From: a virus
Lineage: Duplodnaviria; Heunggongvirae; Uroviricota; Caudoviricetes
Length of the DNA: 64,000 nucleotides
IMG/VR virus record: IMGVR_UViG_3300029846_000001
Strand: one strand, 5' to 3'
Shown: one piece after another, positions 30,037 through 39,928 of the stretch
How the letters are laid out: the number at the start of each line of letters is the position of its first letter
Position numbering within the stretch: position 1 is the stretch's first letter
Position numbers and translations under genes: made by a program
Notes under the pieces: model-generated
The model's database searches: none
What the model was told of the DNA's origin: nothing
The model's input: the letters and a program-made list of their open reading frames with translations, nothing else

Positions 30037-30755
30037 GATTGCTCCTCCTTATTTTTAGATTCTGCCTCTTCGAGTATGTTGATCACCTTATCGACAATAT
30101 CCGAATCAGACATTTTCTCAATAAAAACATCCATTGCCTTAGTTATGTCATTGGCTTCTTTTTCTTCAAGAGCTATTTCTCCACCGGTAATAGCATCAGA
30201 TAATGATGTAGATAAGTGTCTTATCTTATCAATGCTCATAAACGTAAATGGATTACCACCCCAGCCACCACCCATTTCTTTCATGATCTGATATCCACCT
30301 GAGATAAGTCTGCCTGATGTCGTAGCCAAGGAGGATACGATTAGGGACAGTACCGCCGCTTCCGTCCGCTCCTCGGACACACCCCTCGACCACACGGCTG
30401 CCCTTATAGCGCCGGCCAGGTCGTTTATGTATGGCATGAGGCAATCTTCCATCGCTTGTGTTATATCAGCTATAACCTCACTACGCTCTTTATTTATGTA
30501 GTAGATAGAAGCATTGTACCTCTTTATCTCTTTGTCCATGTCATTTAAAAGACGCTTGATATTGTGCTTATACATAGGACCGCCTTTAACCACTCCCTTC
30601 AGCTTAAGAATGTAATTATAAGCCTGGTCGTTTACGAACAACGTCATGGTCTCAACCGTTGAATGAAGCGTGTTAAGACTGTTAAGAATCTTATCGAAAT
30701 TATTTATCAAATAAGCTTTTCTGGTTTTTGCTGCGTAATTAATCATCGCATTCAA
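30033..30755 (-). CDS. hypothetical protein, 240 aa
   Basis: ORF tiled in block (ATGA-type overlaps with neighbours). Confidence 0.55.
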   Translation of the reverse strand: MNAMINYAAKTRKAYLINNFDKILNSLNTLHSTVETMTLFVNDQAYNYILKLKGVVKGGPMYKHNIKRLLNDMDKEIKRYNASIYYINKERSEVIADITQAMEDCLMPYINDLAGAIRAAVWSRGVSEERTEAAVLSLIVSSLATTSGRLISGGYQIMKEMGGGWGGNPFTFMSIDKIRHLSTSLSDAITGGEIALEEKEANDITKAMDVFIEKMSDSDIVDKVINILEEAESKNKEEQS

Positions 30756-31269
30756 ATTTTAGATTTTCAAGTTCATTCAATTGTTTCTTAATAGATTCGA
30801 TCAGGTGCGCTCTCCGTTCCTCTGCATGTTTTAAAGCTTCTTCTTTGCTCTCAAAAGCATCCATTCCTATTTCATAAGGAGTGAACCTATCAGGGATGTC
30901 GGCTAACAAAAGACCACCATACTCTTCTATTTTAGCTTTTACTTTTCTTATTATACCGTCTCTCAGGCACGCATCCGTAACCCATATAAATCTATCACAT
31001 TCTTCTAATTCCCTTTCGTACAATTCATACCATTTCGGCTTAGGGAATCTTAATGTGAATCTAATTTCGGTATCTTTCTCTAAGACATTAATATCATACG
31101 CCTCCGGCCACAGTTCTTTTATACTGTCTTCGTCTTCAGCATACGCCACCAATACAAATGAATTACTGGATTCTGCGCTACACCAATATGGATATTTTAT
31201 AGGCCATTTGACTGGACGGTGGTCGTTACCGCAGTCGGATTTTTTAATGTAAAATCTTGCTCTAATCAT
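30739..31269 (-). CDS. hypothetical protein, 176 aa
   Basis: ORF tiled in block. Confidence 0.5.
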   Translation of the reverse strand: MIRARFYIKKSDCGNDHRPVKWPIKYPYWCSAESSNSFVLVAYAEDEDSIKELWPEAYDINVLEKDTEIRFTLRFPKPKWYELYERELEECDRFIWVTDACLRDGIIRKVKAKIEEYGGLLLADIPDRFTPYEIGMDAFESKEEALKHAEERRAHLIESIKKQLNELENLKFECDD

Positions 31270-32519
31270 GATTCTTTTATTCTTTTAAGTATATGTTCAA
31301 TAACTTTAATAGTCCACCCGTTTCCCAACATCTTGTACTGTTGGGTTTCGCTGCATTCCCATTTATACCAATCTGGTACAGTCTGTAACCTGGAGCACTC
31401 TGTAGGGGTTAATCTTCTTATTCTGAAATCGCCATGTAATGCTCTCTGTATGATAAAATTGTTTCTATCATATGAATTACAAGATAATGTTGGAGCCTTA
31501 TCTTCATGAAATCCACCTTTGTTAAATCCTCTTGGTATTTGGAAAATAAGATTATCTTTCTGAACTGTTGTGAGACAATTGGATTTTCCATCGTTTTTAA
31601 ATTCAATCATCTGAACTGTTTTAAGACCAGATTCTCTACATGTAGGTTTTTCTGGATTCCTACCTCTCATTGCTACACAAATAAGATCGTACATGTATTT
31701 ACCCTTTACGGTAACAGTATTGGATTTTTCATCTTTTGTTTTAATATTAGCTCCATAATAATTTCCCTTGTCGTGATTTCTTTTTAAGTGAAAAGCTAAA
31801 TTGTTTAAAACTTTTTCAGATAAGTAATATTTTTCATCTACTTCATATTTCGCTATATCACTTATAGTCAAACCTTCGTCTTTAGGTTGAGGGATAATGC
31901 CGCCTTGAATATTAGTCCAATAAATACGTTTCCTGGTTTGAGCGGAAACAAGTGCTGAATTAATATGATTGCCTTTACACCCTATAGCATCATCAAATAC
32001 CGGCTCCCATTTCTTTCCCATCTTAACGTTCTCAAGAAGAAATAATACATCAGGATTAGTTTTTCTTACATCATTCAAAATACGAATAAACTCCCAGAAT
32101 AAGTAAGACTGACCGGCAAATTCAAATCCTTGTTTTTTTAATTCAAGATACTCATTAAGTGATTTGATTTCTATTCCTTCTACGGTAGACAACCCTTTTC
32201 TTTTTCCAGAAAAGGACATATCCGTACATGGGCTGCCGGCTAAAATAAGATCTATGTGTCCAAGATCTTCTACATTCAAATCCCTTACATCTCCTACTTG
32301 TATAGTATTAGGGAAATTTAATTGCGTTTGTTTAATAGCAAACTTATCTATTTCTGATGCATAATATACTTCAGGTGTGATCCCTATTTTTTTTAACGCT
32401 ATTTGACCACATGACATTCCGTCAAATAAACTTAACACTCTCATGGCATTATACACATTTTTCAATTTTAATTGATTTTGATGATAGATACATATTCCAT
32501 GTTCCTCTGCCTTTGTCAC
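31266..32519 (-). CDS. DNA (cytosine-5)-methyltransferase
   Basis: Motif I LFDGMSCG; motif IV GSPCTDMS (catalytic Pro-Cys); motif VI ENV (LLENVKMG); motif X MLGNGWTIKV; the real start may be the internal Met at about 32444. Confidence 0.85.
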   Translation of the reverse strand: MTKAEEHGICIYHQNQLKLKNVYNAMRVLSLFDGMSCGQIALKKIGITPEVYYASEIDKFAIKQTQLNFPNTIQVGDVRDLNVEDLGHIDLILAGSPCTDMSFSGKRKGLSTVEGIEIKSLNEYLELKKQGFEFAGQSYLFWEFIRILNDVRKTNPDVLFLLENVKMGKKWEPVFDDAIGCKGNHINSALVSAQTRKRIYWTNIQGGIIPQPKDEGLTISDIAKYEVDEKYYLSEKVLNNLAFHLKRNHDKGNYYGANIKTKDEKSNTVTVKGKYMYDLICVAMRGRNPEKPTCRESGLKTVQMIEFKNDGKSNCLTTVQKDNLIFQIPRGFNKGGFHEDKAPTLSCNSYDRNNFIIQRALHGDFRIRRLTPTECSRLQTVPDWYKWECSETQQYKMLGNGWTIKVIEHILKRIKES

Positions 32520-32757
32520 CTTTTTCGTTTTGTTTTTGGATTGTCAAGTACAGATCTCCGTCTTCACATACTTCAACTTTTTTCAAGAAGCCTATCATTT
32601 CATCTCCTGTTTCGTGTAAAATACGGATCTTATCTCCTTCTTTTAACCCATAATTGGAATCAAAATATTCTTTTTTGATTCTATCAATATTGTCTTTATG
32701 TTTTTTTATAGCATAAAGCTCTTCTCTTAATAAATAATTTAGTTGTTCTATTGTCAT
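32449..32757 (-). CDS. hypothetical protein, 102 aa
   Basis: ORF; overlaps only the questionable N-terminal extension of the methyltransferase. Confidence 0.45.
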   Translation of the reverse strand: MTIEQLNYLLREELYAIKKHKDNIDRIKKEYFDSNYGLKEGDKIRILHETGDEMIGFLKKVEVCEDGDLYLTIQKQNEKGDKGRGTWNMYLSSKSIKIEKCV

Positions 32758-33320
32758 TTCTTTTCCTCCTTATTTAATGGTATCAACCCTTTTCCATGCT
32801 TGTCATACCACAGCATAGCTATGCAGTTCCATGCACATTGTGCAAGATGAAAACATCCTGTATCGGAATCCACTCTTTCTCCTTTCATGTATTCCATCAG
32901 GTGTCGAAACATTGCAGCTCGATACCGCTCAAATCCGTTGTCAAGATTCTGCCAATTATTAGACCCATATTTTTTGGCTCCGGCATGATAGACTTTTACA
33001 ATGTCCTCAATTTCTTCCATCGGAAGCAAATCCCATCGTAGTTTGTCGTCAATGATGTCATTTTTCACTGATTTTATTGAAGTACTTTTTTCTGGATCTC
33101 CTACACGAATAAGTTCCATAATGTCTGTTTCTATAATAATTGCGTCTCCATTGTAATAAACTTCAGCAAACTTGTCATTTTCTTTTATGTTTGTTGCTGA
33201 AGTCACTAAAGATCCTTTGTATATTATAGTGTTTTTATCTATCTTATCATCTTTCAGTGTTTGAAAAATAGATCCTTTTGGATAAAGGATGTTTTTAGTA
33301 TTATTGTCCATTTTTTCCAT
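32754..33320 (-). CDS. hypothetical protein, 188 aa (C-terminal region YHAGAKKYGSNNW...RHLMEYMKGE is reminiscent of phage dNTP pyrophosphohydrolase-like domains; weak)
   Basis: ORF; motif recognition from memory only. Confidence 0.45.
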   Translation of the reverse strand: MEKMDNNTKNILYPKGSIFQTLKDDKIDKNTIIYKGSLVTSATNIKENDKFAEVYYNGDAIIIETDIMELIRVGDPEKSTSIKSVKNDIIDDKLRWDLLPMEEIEDIVKVYHAGAKKYGSNNWQNLDNGFERYRAAMFRHLMEYMKGERVDSDTGCFHLAQCAWNCIAMLWYDKHGKGLIPLNKEEKK

Positions 33321-33364
33321 CGTTTTATCGTTGTTTTAATCAATTAGTATAATGATATAGTCCA

Positions 33365-33736
33365 TTATTTTTCTTCTTCGCCTATAAAGCGATCAAATTC
33401 TTCTCCGCTCATAACAATGCGGTTAATGATAATTATGCCGTTATTGCTATAATCATCATCTTTAACTCCCATATCATCAAGCTCCTTCTTTAATTCTTCA
33501 AATGTGGAACCTGTCTTGCTTTTAAAAAATAAAGTAGCATGTACAACCTTTCCGTTGTTTAGTTTTACTCTCACGGTATAGACATATCCTTTTTCCTCTT
33601 CATCCTTTTTGTTGACACCATCAAGGATGCTATTTATCATGTTCTTATCCTCACGTGATAGGTTAGATATGGCTATTCTGCCCTTCAACCTAAATATTTC
33701 GTTTTCGTTCATGACTTTCTGTTTTATTGTTTTCAA
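33365..33736 (-). CDS. hypothetical protein, 123 aa
   Basis: ORF tiled in block. Confidence 0.45.
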   Translation of the reverse strand: MKTIKQKVMNENEIFRLKGRIAISNLSREDKNMINSILDGVNKKDEEEKGYVYTVRVKLNNGKVVHATLFFKSKTGSTFEELKKELDDMGVKDDDYSNNGIIIINRIVMSGEEFDRFIGEEEK

Positions 33737-33995
33737 AATATTGTCTTACGGCTTCTATGGCTTTATCGTCATCAAAAGCTTCTTCAAACTCCGTGTAGAA
33801 CCTATCTCGCTCCATGCAGAATGTGTTTTTCCCTTCCGGTATAGGACGGAACACAACCACCCTCTCTTCAGCGTGATCGGTTCCTATTATGTTATTATCT
33901 AAGATAATAGAATACCTTCTTGAACTTTTGTTGATAACAACATCATGTTGAAGACCATACAATTTAAGTATTTCCCTTAATTCACTTGTTTCCAT
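33690..33995 (-). CDS. hypothetical protein, 101 aa
   Basis: ORF tiled in block. Confidence 0.4.
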   Translation of the reverse strand: METSELREILKLYGLQHDVVINKSSRRYSIILDNNIIGTDHAEERVVVFRPIPEGKNTFCMERDRFYTEFEEAFDDDKAIEAVRQYFENNKTESHERKRNI

Positions 33996-34352
33996 TTATA
34001 TTATTCCTTCCAAATTTACTTTAATAGAACCATTTATAGTTTTAATGCTCCCATCTATGGTTGAAATCACATCATCTAAATCGTTTATAATGCCTTCCAT
34101 GTCATCAACCACCTCTTCCATATCAGCTACAGCCTGATCTGATTCCCAATATTTTTCTGAGTCTTGTAACGATTCCGGTATATTATCTCTCGCCTCAGTC
34201 TCTTCGTCTAAAATCATATCAACATCATCTTTGGCTGAATTTATGTTATACTTCAACTCCGATAACTTTGATTTGATGTATTCAAAATCTGTTTTATACT
34301 TATCTACGTTTTTAATAACACCCAATATTTTTTTTCTTCTCTTGTCGTTCAT
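33996..34352 (-). CDS. hypothetical acidic protein, 118 aa
   Basis: ORF; Asp/Glu-rich. Confidence 0.45.
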   Translation of the reverse strand: MNDKRRKKILGVIKNVDKYKTDFEYIKSKLSELKYNINSAKDDVDMILDEETEARDNIPESLQDSEKYWESDQAVADMEEVVDDMEGIINDLDDVISTIDGSIKTINGSIKVNLEGII

Positions 34353-35770
34353 GCTTTTATTCTATTATAATATTCGATAATCTTTTCTTTTCTATCTCCT
34401 GGTTTTACTGCCATATTCTCAGCCAAGAACCTAAAATACGACACCGGTATGTCCTTGAATCTAATTCCTTCATATTTTCCAAACCACATTATTATACTGT
34501 CAAGATCGTCTTCTCTCCTACCATCTCCATTCACAGATTTAAGCGAGGCTGCCCGGCGAAGGATTTCGTCTTTGGTAATAATATCACCCATCCTTATATT
34601 GGACAGAAGTTGATCGCCGGCAAACATACACCAGCCTTTAGAAGGGAATTGTTCGATTGTCAAGTCTTCTATCCGACCGAAACGCCTCATGTTGTCGCAG
34701 CAATCAACTATCAGTGCCTCTTTCTTGTCAGGATGGATGCGAACGGCACGGCCTACAATCTGGTAAAATACTGAATATGAGAATGTTGGACGCCCAAACA
34801 TCACACAGTCAAGTTCAGGAAAGTCAAATCCGGTAGCAAGCGTTGAATAATTAAAAACCACCTTCAACTTGCCTTCTTTGAAATCGGATATGATTTGTTC
34901 TCTTTTCTTTTTGGTTGTTAGCGATGTTACGACACCGGTTATGGCTCCCATCTTGGCATTCATGAACTCTGATATTCTATTACATGATTCAATAGAATCC
35001 ATGCAAACCAAAATGGCTTTACGTTCGTTCATAAGTTGAAGAAGGCGCTTGTAGATAGAGTTGTTTAAGCCATTTCGTACAATACTTTCTTTAATAGATT
35101 CGTTGGTGTATTCAGCTCCGGTGCTGTTCAATATCAGAGCCGATTCATCAAAAGACCATCGTTCGTACTTAAGTGGACACCAAAACCCTTGAGAAGTTAA
35201 TTCTTGTATTTGAGTCACATGAACTATTTTCTTGAAGAAATTATGCTCGTCTTTCGTCAGCATATTGAGCTTGCTGTAGTTTCCTTCCAGCATGGAACTG
35301 TAGGTTCGGAGGCGGCAGGGAGTGGCGGTGAAGCCCAGCACCTTCGCCTCTGGGAACCTGTTCATAAACTCCATAAATTCAGAACCTTCTTCAGGAGAAT
35401 ACCCGCTATGCACCTCATCTATCAATAATGTGTCTATCCCTATATCTTTCAACCTTGCTACGTCTTTCTTTATGCTTTTAAGTGTAGCATAAGTCATAGC
35501 CGATAACTCTTTTTTTTTACATGAAGCAGAATATATGGTAGGTTTAGAACCGAATGATACAGCCTTCGCATAATTCTGCTCCAGAATCTCTTTAGATGGC
35601 TGTAATACAAGGATAGGTCTTTTTAATTCATGAGCTATCTTGCTAATTATCAAAGACTTCCCCGCTGCACACGGCAAGACTTCTATGCCAGGCTTCTTAG
35701 ATCTTCCTGTAAGGAACTTAAGCCCGGCATCTACTGCCTCTTTTTGGTAAGGTCTAAGTTCAAAGCCCAT
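34349..35770 (-). CDS. superfamily-2 DEAD/DEAH-box type DNA helicase, 473 aa
   Basis: RPYQKEAV (Q-motif-like); motif I LPCAAGKS; motif II LIDEVH; motif III GFTATP; C-terminal W/F-rich domain (MWFGKYEGIRFKDIPVSYFRFL). Confidence 0.75.
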   Translation of the reverse strand: MGFELRPYQKEAVDAGLKFLTGRSKKPGIEVLPCAAGKSLIISKIAHELKRPILVLQPSKEILEQNYAKAVSFGSKPTIYSASCKKKELSAMTYATLKSIKKDVARLKDIGIDTLLIDEVHSGYSPEEGSEFMEFMNRFPEAKVLGFTATPCRLRTYSSMLEGNYSKLNMLTKDEHNFFKKIVHVTQIQELTSQGFWCPLKYERWSFDESALILNSTGAEYTNESIKESIVRNGLNNSIYKRLLQLMNERKAILVCMDSIESCNRISEFMNAKMGAITGVVTSLTTKKKREQIISDFKEGKLKVVFNYSTLATGFDFPELDCVMFGRPTFSYSVFYQIVGRAVRIHPDKKEALIVDCCDNMRRFGRIEDLTIEQFPSKGWCMFAGDQLLSNIRMGDIITKDEILRRAASLKSVNGDGRREDDLDSIIMWFGKYEGIRFKDIPVSYFRFLAENMAVKPGDRKEKIIEYYNRIKA

Positions 35771-36137
35771 CGCAATCTATTTTACTGTTTTTTGAAAGTT
35801 CTATTATCGCCTCTTTCAACATCTCCCTTGCTTTATCTTCGTTATCTTCAAGCAAGCATACACTGCACGATATGCCCATACGATCCCCATAAGCCTCGGC
35901 ATTACCTAATGTGAATGCGCAGCAGTAATCATAATCCATGTTTTTTGCTACGGCAATAAACTGATTATCTTCTATCAGTACAGCATATTCAGCATCAGTT
36001 TCACACATGATAATGGCTTTATCTTTTTTTATAGACAACACCTTGTTTCTGAAAAGTCCGTTATAAATCCATAGTTCTTTTCCTGTATTTTTATAAAGCA
36101 CAGCCATATCTTCCTTGATTGTGACTTCTTTTTTCAT
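35760..36137 (-). CDS. hypothetical protein, 125 aa
   Basis: ORF tiled in block. Confidence 0.45.
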   Translation of the reverse strand: MKKEVTIKEDMAVLYKNTGKELWIYNGLFRNKVLSIKKDKAIIMCETDAEYAVLIEDNQFIAVAKNMDYDYCCAFTLGNAEAYGDRMGISCSVCLLEDNEDKAREMLKEAIIELSKNSKIDCDGL

Positions 36138-36140
36138 GAC

Positions 36141-36470
36141 TTACTTGTGTTTAACATCAGTAATTAAAATGTATTTTTTAACAATATCTTCAAGACTCAC
36201 AGAAGAACGTATATATGGTTTTTCTTCGTACTCATATAGAACGTACCCTTCTTTTATGTCTAATATCTTAATCACATGCTTGCCTCTTTCAAATGGATCC
36301 TCAAAGTAGTTCTTATGTTCGTATCTTTGACCTACTTTGATTTTGTCAGTTTTCTTCTTCATCTTATAACGATCTACTGCTCTACCTGTTTTTATGAAAG
36401 CTGTCGTGAGCAAGTATAATAAAACTAAATACAAAAGGATCGCTACTCCACATATTAGATCTTCTTTCAT
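36141..36470 (-). CDS. hypothetical membrane-anchored protein, 109 aa
   Basis: N-terminal hydrophobic helix ILLYLVLLYLLTTAFI. Confidence 0.45.
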   Translation of the reverse strand: MKEDLICGVAILLYLVLLYLLTTAFIKTGRAVDRYKMKKKTDKIKVGQRYEHKNYFEDPFERGKHVIKILDIKEGYVLYEYEEKPYIRSSVSLEDIVKKYILITDVKHK

Positions 36471-36636
36471 TGGACTCCCTTTAAGTAGTTAAACCATATA
36501 TCCTCCAGCTTCTCCTGAAGTTCAAATGCTTTCTTGAAATTCCCACATCTTACAGCAACGTCTCTCATGTATTCTACGTTTATAACTTCCGGATCTTGCC
36601 GGTATTTTGTTCTTAACTTTTGAACGTCCTCGTATT

Positions 36637-37656
36637 TCATCGTTTTATCTTTTTAGACGGATCCCAATCCGAAGAGAAAGGGCATTCGTTTTTGTTATGT
36701 AATCCAAAGTCACAATAATAACACAGTGCTGACGGGCAGGGTAGCTTGTTTTGCGAAACAGGCTGGCTTAGGGTGGCACGCCGCTTGCTATACCTGGCTC
36801 CTTCTGCTCCCTGGATGTACGCTTGAAATGATTTTACACTATTATCTTCAAAATCATACATTTTAGACAAAGTGTCATTTAGCATCTCTATAGATTTTGT
36901 TTTACGTTCCTCATCTACCTTAACCTTTTGGTACTGCCTGGTCCTGGTAAAGAAATAGATGTTCATATCTGGTAGAACCCCACCATATCTTCTATAGATG
37001 TAAAATGAATATATAGGATGCTGTAAATTTGTTTCCAACTTCTTAGAATCAAAAACCTTATTACCTGATTTCCAATCTATGACATAATGGTGAACTACGT
37101 TCTTGCTTTTTATAGCCAGATGAAGGTCTACCGATCCTACTATGTACACATGAGTATGAATTACTCCATTTATGTTAACAGGCTTAGGAAGACGGTACGG
37201 CAGCACAAAATCTTCTTCGACTCCAACTATAGCGCTGTGTCTGATAAGTTTCTCGCAGGGATTAAGATCACTATCAGCTATCATAAACCTATTGCCGTCT
37301 TTTTTGAACAGATCCACAATCCAAGCAAGAAGCTCCCCGGATTGCTTCATGGCTATCATCATATTTTCCGGTGATTGCCAAGGTATGTCTTCTTGGTAAG
37401 CATAGTAACTTATAGCTTCCCCCAGGTCTTTTCCAGAAGGCTGTCTTCCGTTCTTAAAGAAGTATTCCAGTGTCTTATGGATAACCGTACCATAAGACGT
37501 AGCTTCTTGTTTTTCCGTAGACCTTTTGCCCTCTACGTAAGTCTTATACCATTTCATTGGACAAGTAAGAAACGTGTCTATCTGGGAATAAGATATGGCA
37601 AGACGTTTCACGCCATTAAACTCCTTATATAGCAAATGCGTTTCCGGGACCATCAT
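36637..37656 (-). CDS. Cas4/RecB-like PD-(D/E)XK nuclease with Fe-S cysteine cluster, 339 aa
   Basis: N-terminal Cys (TCPMKWY); core VDLHLAIK...IDWKSG; C-terminal CPSALCYYCDFGLHNKNECPF gives the C...C-x2-C-x(n)-C pattern of Cas4/AddB-type nucleases. Confidence 0.55.
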   Translation of the reverse strand: MMVPETHLLYKEFNGVKRLAISYSQIDTFLTCPMKWYKTYVEGKRSTEKQEATSYGTVIHKTLEYFFKNGRQPSGKDLGEAISYYAYQEDIPWQSPENMMIAMKQSGELLAWIVDLFKKDGNRFMIADSDLNPCEKLIRHSAIVGVEEDFVLPYRLPKPVNINGVIHTHVYIVGSVDLHLAIKSKNVVHHYVIDWKSGNKVFDSKKLETNLQHPIYSFYIYRRYGGVLPDMNIYFFTRTRQYQKVKVDEERKTKSIEMLNDTLSKMYDFEDNSVKSFQAYIQGAEGARYSKRRATLSQPVSQNKLPCPSALCYYCDFGLHNKNECPFSSDWDPSKKIKR

Positions 37657-38012
37657 AAGTCATTGTCTTTAAATCCTTCCGGGTAATATACGACATACTT
37701 CTTACCGTCCTCCGGCGTCATGGCGAACTGCATGTAGTTATTACGATTACGATGCTTGCCATCCAATCCTCGTTTCCAATACAGGATACCGTCTATATCC
37801 ACATAAGACCGTCCGCGTTCGGCTCTAACCACGTCCGTGTGTAGCAGATACCCGTCGGAAGACACGATCCACACTTTATCCCCTTTGTTTAAATAAGATA
37901 TTCTTTTTCTTACAACAACCTTTTTCTTATTATCCAATACAAATTCCTCATCCGTCATATTCTTCATCCTCCTCTTCTTCTGTTTCAAAATCAATTCCAT
38001 AACACTGATCAT
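37653..38012 (-). CDS. hypothetical protein, 119 aa
   Basis: ORF tiled in block. Confidence 0.45.
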   Translation of the reverse strand: MISVMELILKQKKRRMKNMTDEEFVLDNKKKVVVRKRISYLNKGDKVWIVSSDGYLLHTDVVRAERGRSYVDIDGILYWKRGLDGKHRNRNNYMQFAMTPEDGKKYVVYYPEGFKDNDL

Positions 38013-38055
38013 AATGTCCGGTCAGTTCTTCTGGTTCTAAATCTTGTCCAAAATC

Positions 38056-38097
38056 CATATTAAAAATATATTAATACATATTAAAAATATATTAATC
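38056..38097. repeat. perfect tandem direct repeat, 2 x 21 bp (catattaaaaatatattaat) upstream of the flotillin gene
   Basis: Seen directly; AT-rich intergenic region ahead of the flotillin/NfeD/ACP genes. Confidence 0.7.
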
Positions 38098-38196
38098 AAT
38101 AAAGCACTAAAAATCACTATTCCTGCTGGCATGAAATCTATAAATGCTGCTTTTGCTTCTTCAATTAGGCCCAAGTGTAACCTTGGGCCATTGTAT

Positions 38197-39897
38197 TTAT
38201 TTTTTGTCATCTCCTTTTAACTTCTTTAAAGTATCTGCAATCGGAAGCTGATCAATGACTCCCAATGCCGGAGCGACGGTCTTAACAACATTGTTAAGGA
38301 AATTACCGGTACTGTTCTGACCGCCGTCAAATACCGTGATATTTCCGAGGTTAATGTGCTCGAACGCCTTAACCTGTTCTCCAGCAATTTCTTTCCACTG
38401 ATTAACCATCTTGTACTGGATGGCTATCTGAGGATTGGATTCTGCTGCTTCCACCATAGCCTTAAATCCGTCGGCTTCTGCCATCAACGACTTTTTCTTA
38501 CCTTCGGCTTCTGCCTCCAGCTTCATCTGAATAGCTTTTGCTTCCGCTTCTGCTTTTGCCAAATGTGCTGCTGCTTCGGCATCAGCCCGACGTTTGATTT
38601 TCTCAGCTTCAGCATCAGCTTGCAACATAGCCTCCTGCTTCTGAATTTCAGCCGGCACAATCTTTTCAGCTTTAAGCGCAGCTTGAACCTTCTTAGCTTT
38701 AGCTTCTTCCACTTCTTTATCAGCAAGCTCTTTTGCCGTTTTCACAGCCGCTTCCGATTTAACTCTCTCTTCTCCGGCTTTCTTTTCTGATTGAGCTTTG
38801 ATAACCTGTAGCTCTGATTCTGATACAGCAACCTCTTTCTGGGCATTGTTATAACCCACAGATGCGTTTTTCTCAGCTTCAGCTTTCTTGATCTGAGCTT
38901 CGGAATCTTGGATTGCTATAGCTGCCTGTTTATCAGCTTCAGCTTTATTCTTCCCGACTTCTTCCATTCTTTCGGCTTCAGCTTTGTTTACTTCAAGTTC
39001 TGCCTTAGATTTTGCGATCGCTGATTCCTTATCAGTCAAAGTCTTTGCAATAACCGCAGCCCTATCTCTATCGGCTTGAGCTACACCGATCTGTTTTTCT
39101 TTATCGGTTAAAGCCAAAGCTACTTCTTTTTCTTTCTTTGTTTCAGCTACTACCGTTTCCTTTTCTTTTTCAGTATAGGCAATTTGAATCTCTTGCTCTT
39201 TTTGGGTATTAGCTACAGCCGTTTCTTTTTCCTTTTGCTGTACAGCAATCTTAATAGCACCCAGCTTTTCCTGTTCTTCGATATTAGCCTGTGCTTCGTT
39301 CAGGGCCTTACTTTCAGCTTCTTTGCCAAGATTCATGATATAGCCGGCTTCGTCTCTGATGTCACTGATGTTGATATTTAGGAGGTAAAGACCTAACTTA
39401 TTAAGTTCGTTATCAATGTTTTTTCTTGCCTTATCCAAAAACTCATCCCTGTCAGAATTAAGTTTTTCAATCGTCATTTCAGCAATGATCAAACGCATTT
39501 GGCCATAAACAATATCCGTAATAAGATTTTCAGTAGATTCAGTATCCATCCCCAAAAGCCTTTCTGCTGCATTCTGCATAATTTCAGGATTTGTGCTGAT
39601 TGCTACTGTAATAGTAGTAGGTACATCCACTCTGATATTTTGAGACGACAAAGCACCGGTGAGCCTACAATCTATTTGCATAGGCTCCATAGACAAAATA
39701 TCATAGCTTTGAATAATAGGCAAGACGAATGCCGCTCCACCATGATATAATTTCGCCGATTTCTTTTCCCCACCTGTCTTACCATAAACGACCAAGACTT
39801 GATTAGGCTTACATCTACGATACCTTGATAAGACTCCGATGATTGTCAAAATAATCACTACAGCTAAAATAGCTGACACGTACATGATTGTTGTCAT
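38197..39897 (-). CDS. flotillin-like SPFH/band-7 protein (YqiK/FloT family), 566 aa
   Basis: N-terminal TM helix; SPFH core; very long Glu/Ala-rich coiled coil (KAEAEKNAS, ADAEAAAHLAKAEAEAKA), the characteristic flotillin EA-repeat region. Confidence 0.75.
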   Translation of the reverse strand: MTTIMYVSAILAVVIILTIIGVLSRYRRCKPNQVLVVYGKTGGEKKSAKLYHGGAAFVLPIIQSYDILSMEPMQIDCRLTGALSSQNIRVDVPTTITVAISTNPEIMQNAAERLLGMDTESTENLITDIVYGQMRLIIAEMTIEKLNSDRDEFLDKARKNIDNELNKLGLYLLNINISDIRDEAGYIMNLGKEAESKALNEAQANIEEQEKLGAIKIAVQQKEKETAVANTQKEQEIQIAYTEKEKETVVAETKKEKEVALALTDKEKQIGVAQADRDRAAVIAKTLTDKESAIAKSKAELEVNKAEAERMEEVGKNKAEADKQAAIAIQDSEAQIKKAEAEKNASVGYNNAQKEVAVSESELQVIKAQSEKKAGEERVKSEAAVKTAKELADKEVEEAKAKKVQAALKAEKIVPAEIQKQEAMLQADAEAEKIKRRADAEAAAHLAKAEAEAKAIQMKLEAEAEGKKKSLMAEADGFKAMVEAAESNPQIAIQYKMVNQWKEIAGEQVKAFEHINLGNITVFDGGQNSTGNFLNNVVKTVAPALGVIDQLPIADTLKKLKGDDKK

Positions 39898-39928
39898 AAC
39901 TTTTAAAATTTAATTGCTGATAAAAAAA

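Noticed and set aside
38197-39897. The EA-rich 566-aa protein considered as a tape-measure or structural coiled-coil protein
   Set aside because: An N-terminal TM helix plus a band-7/SPFH core, with the adjacent NfeD partner, fits flotillin. It also sits in the replication block rather than the structural block.
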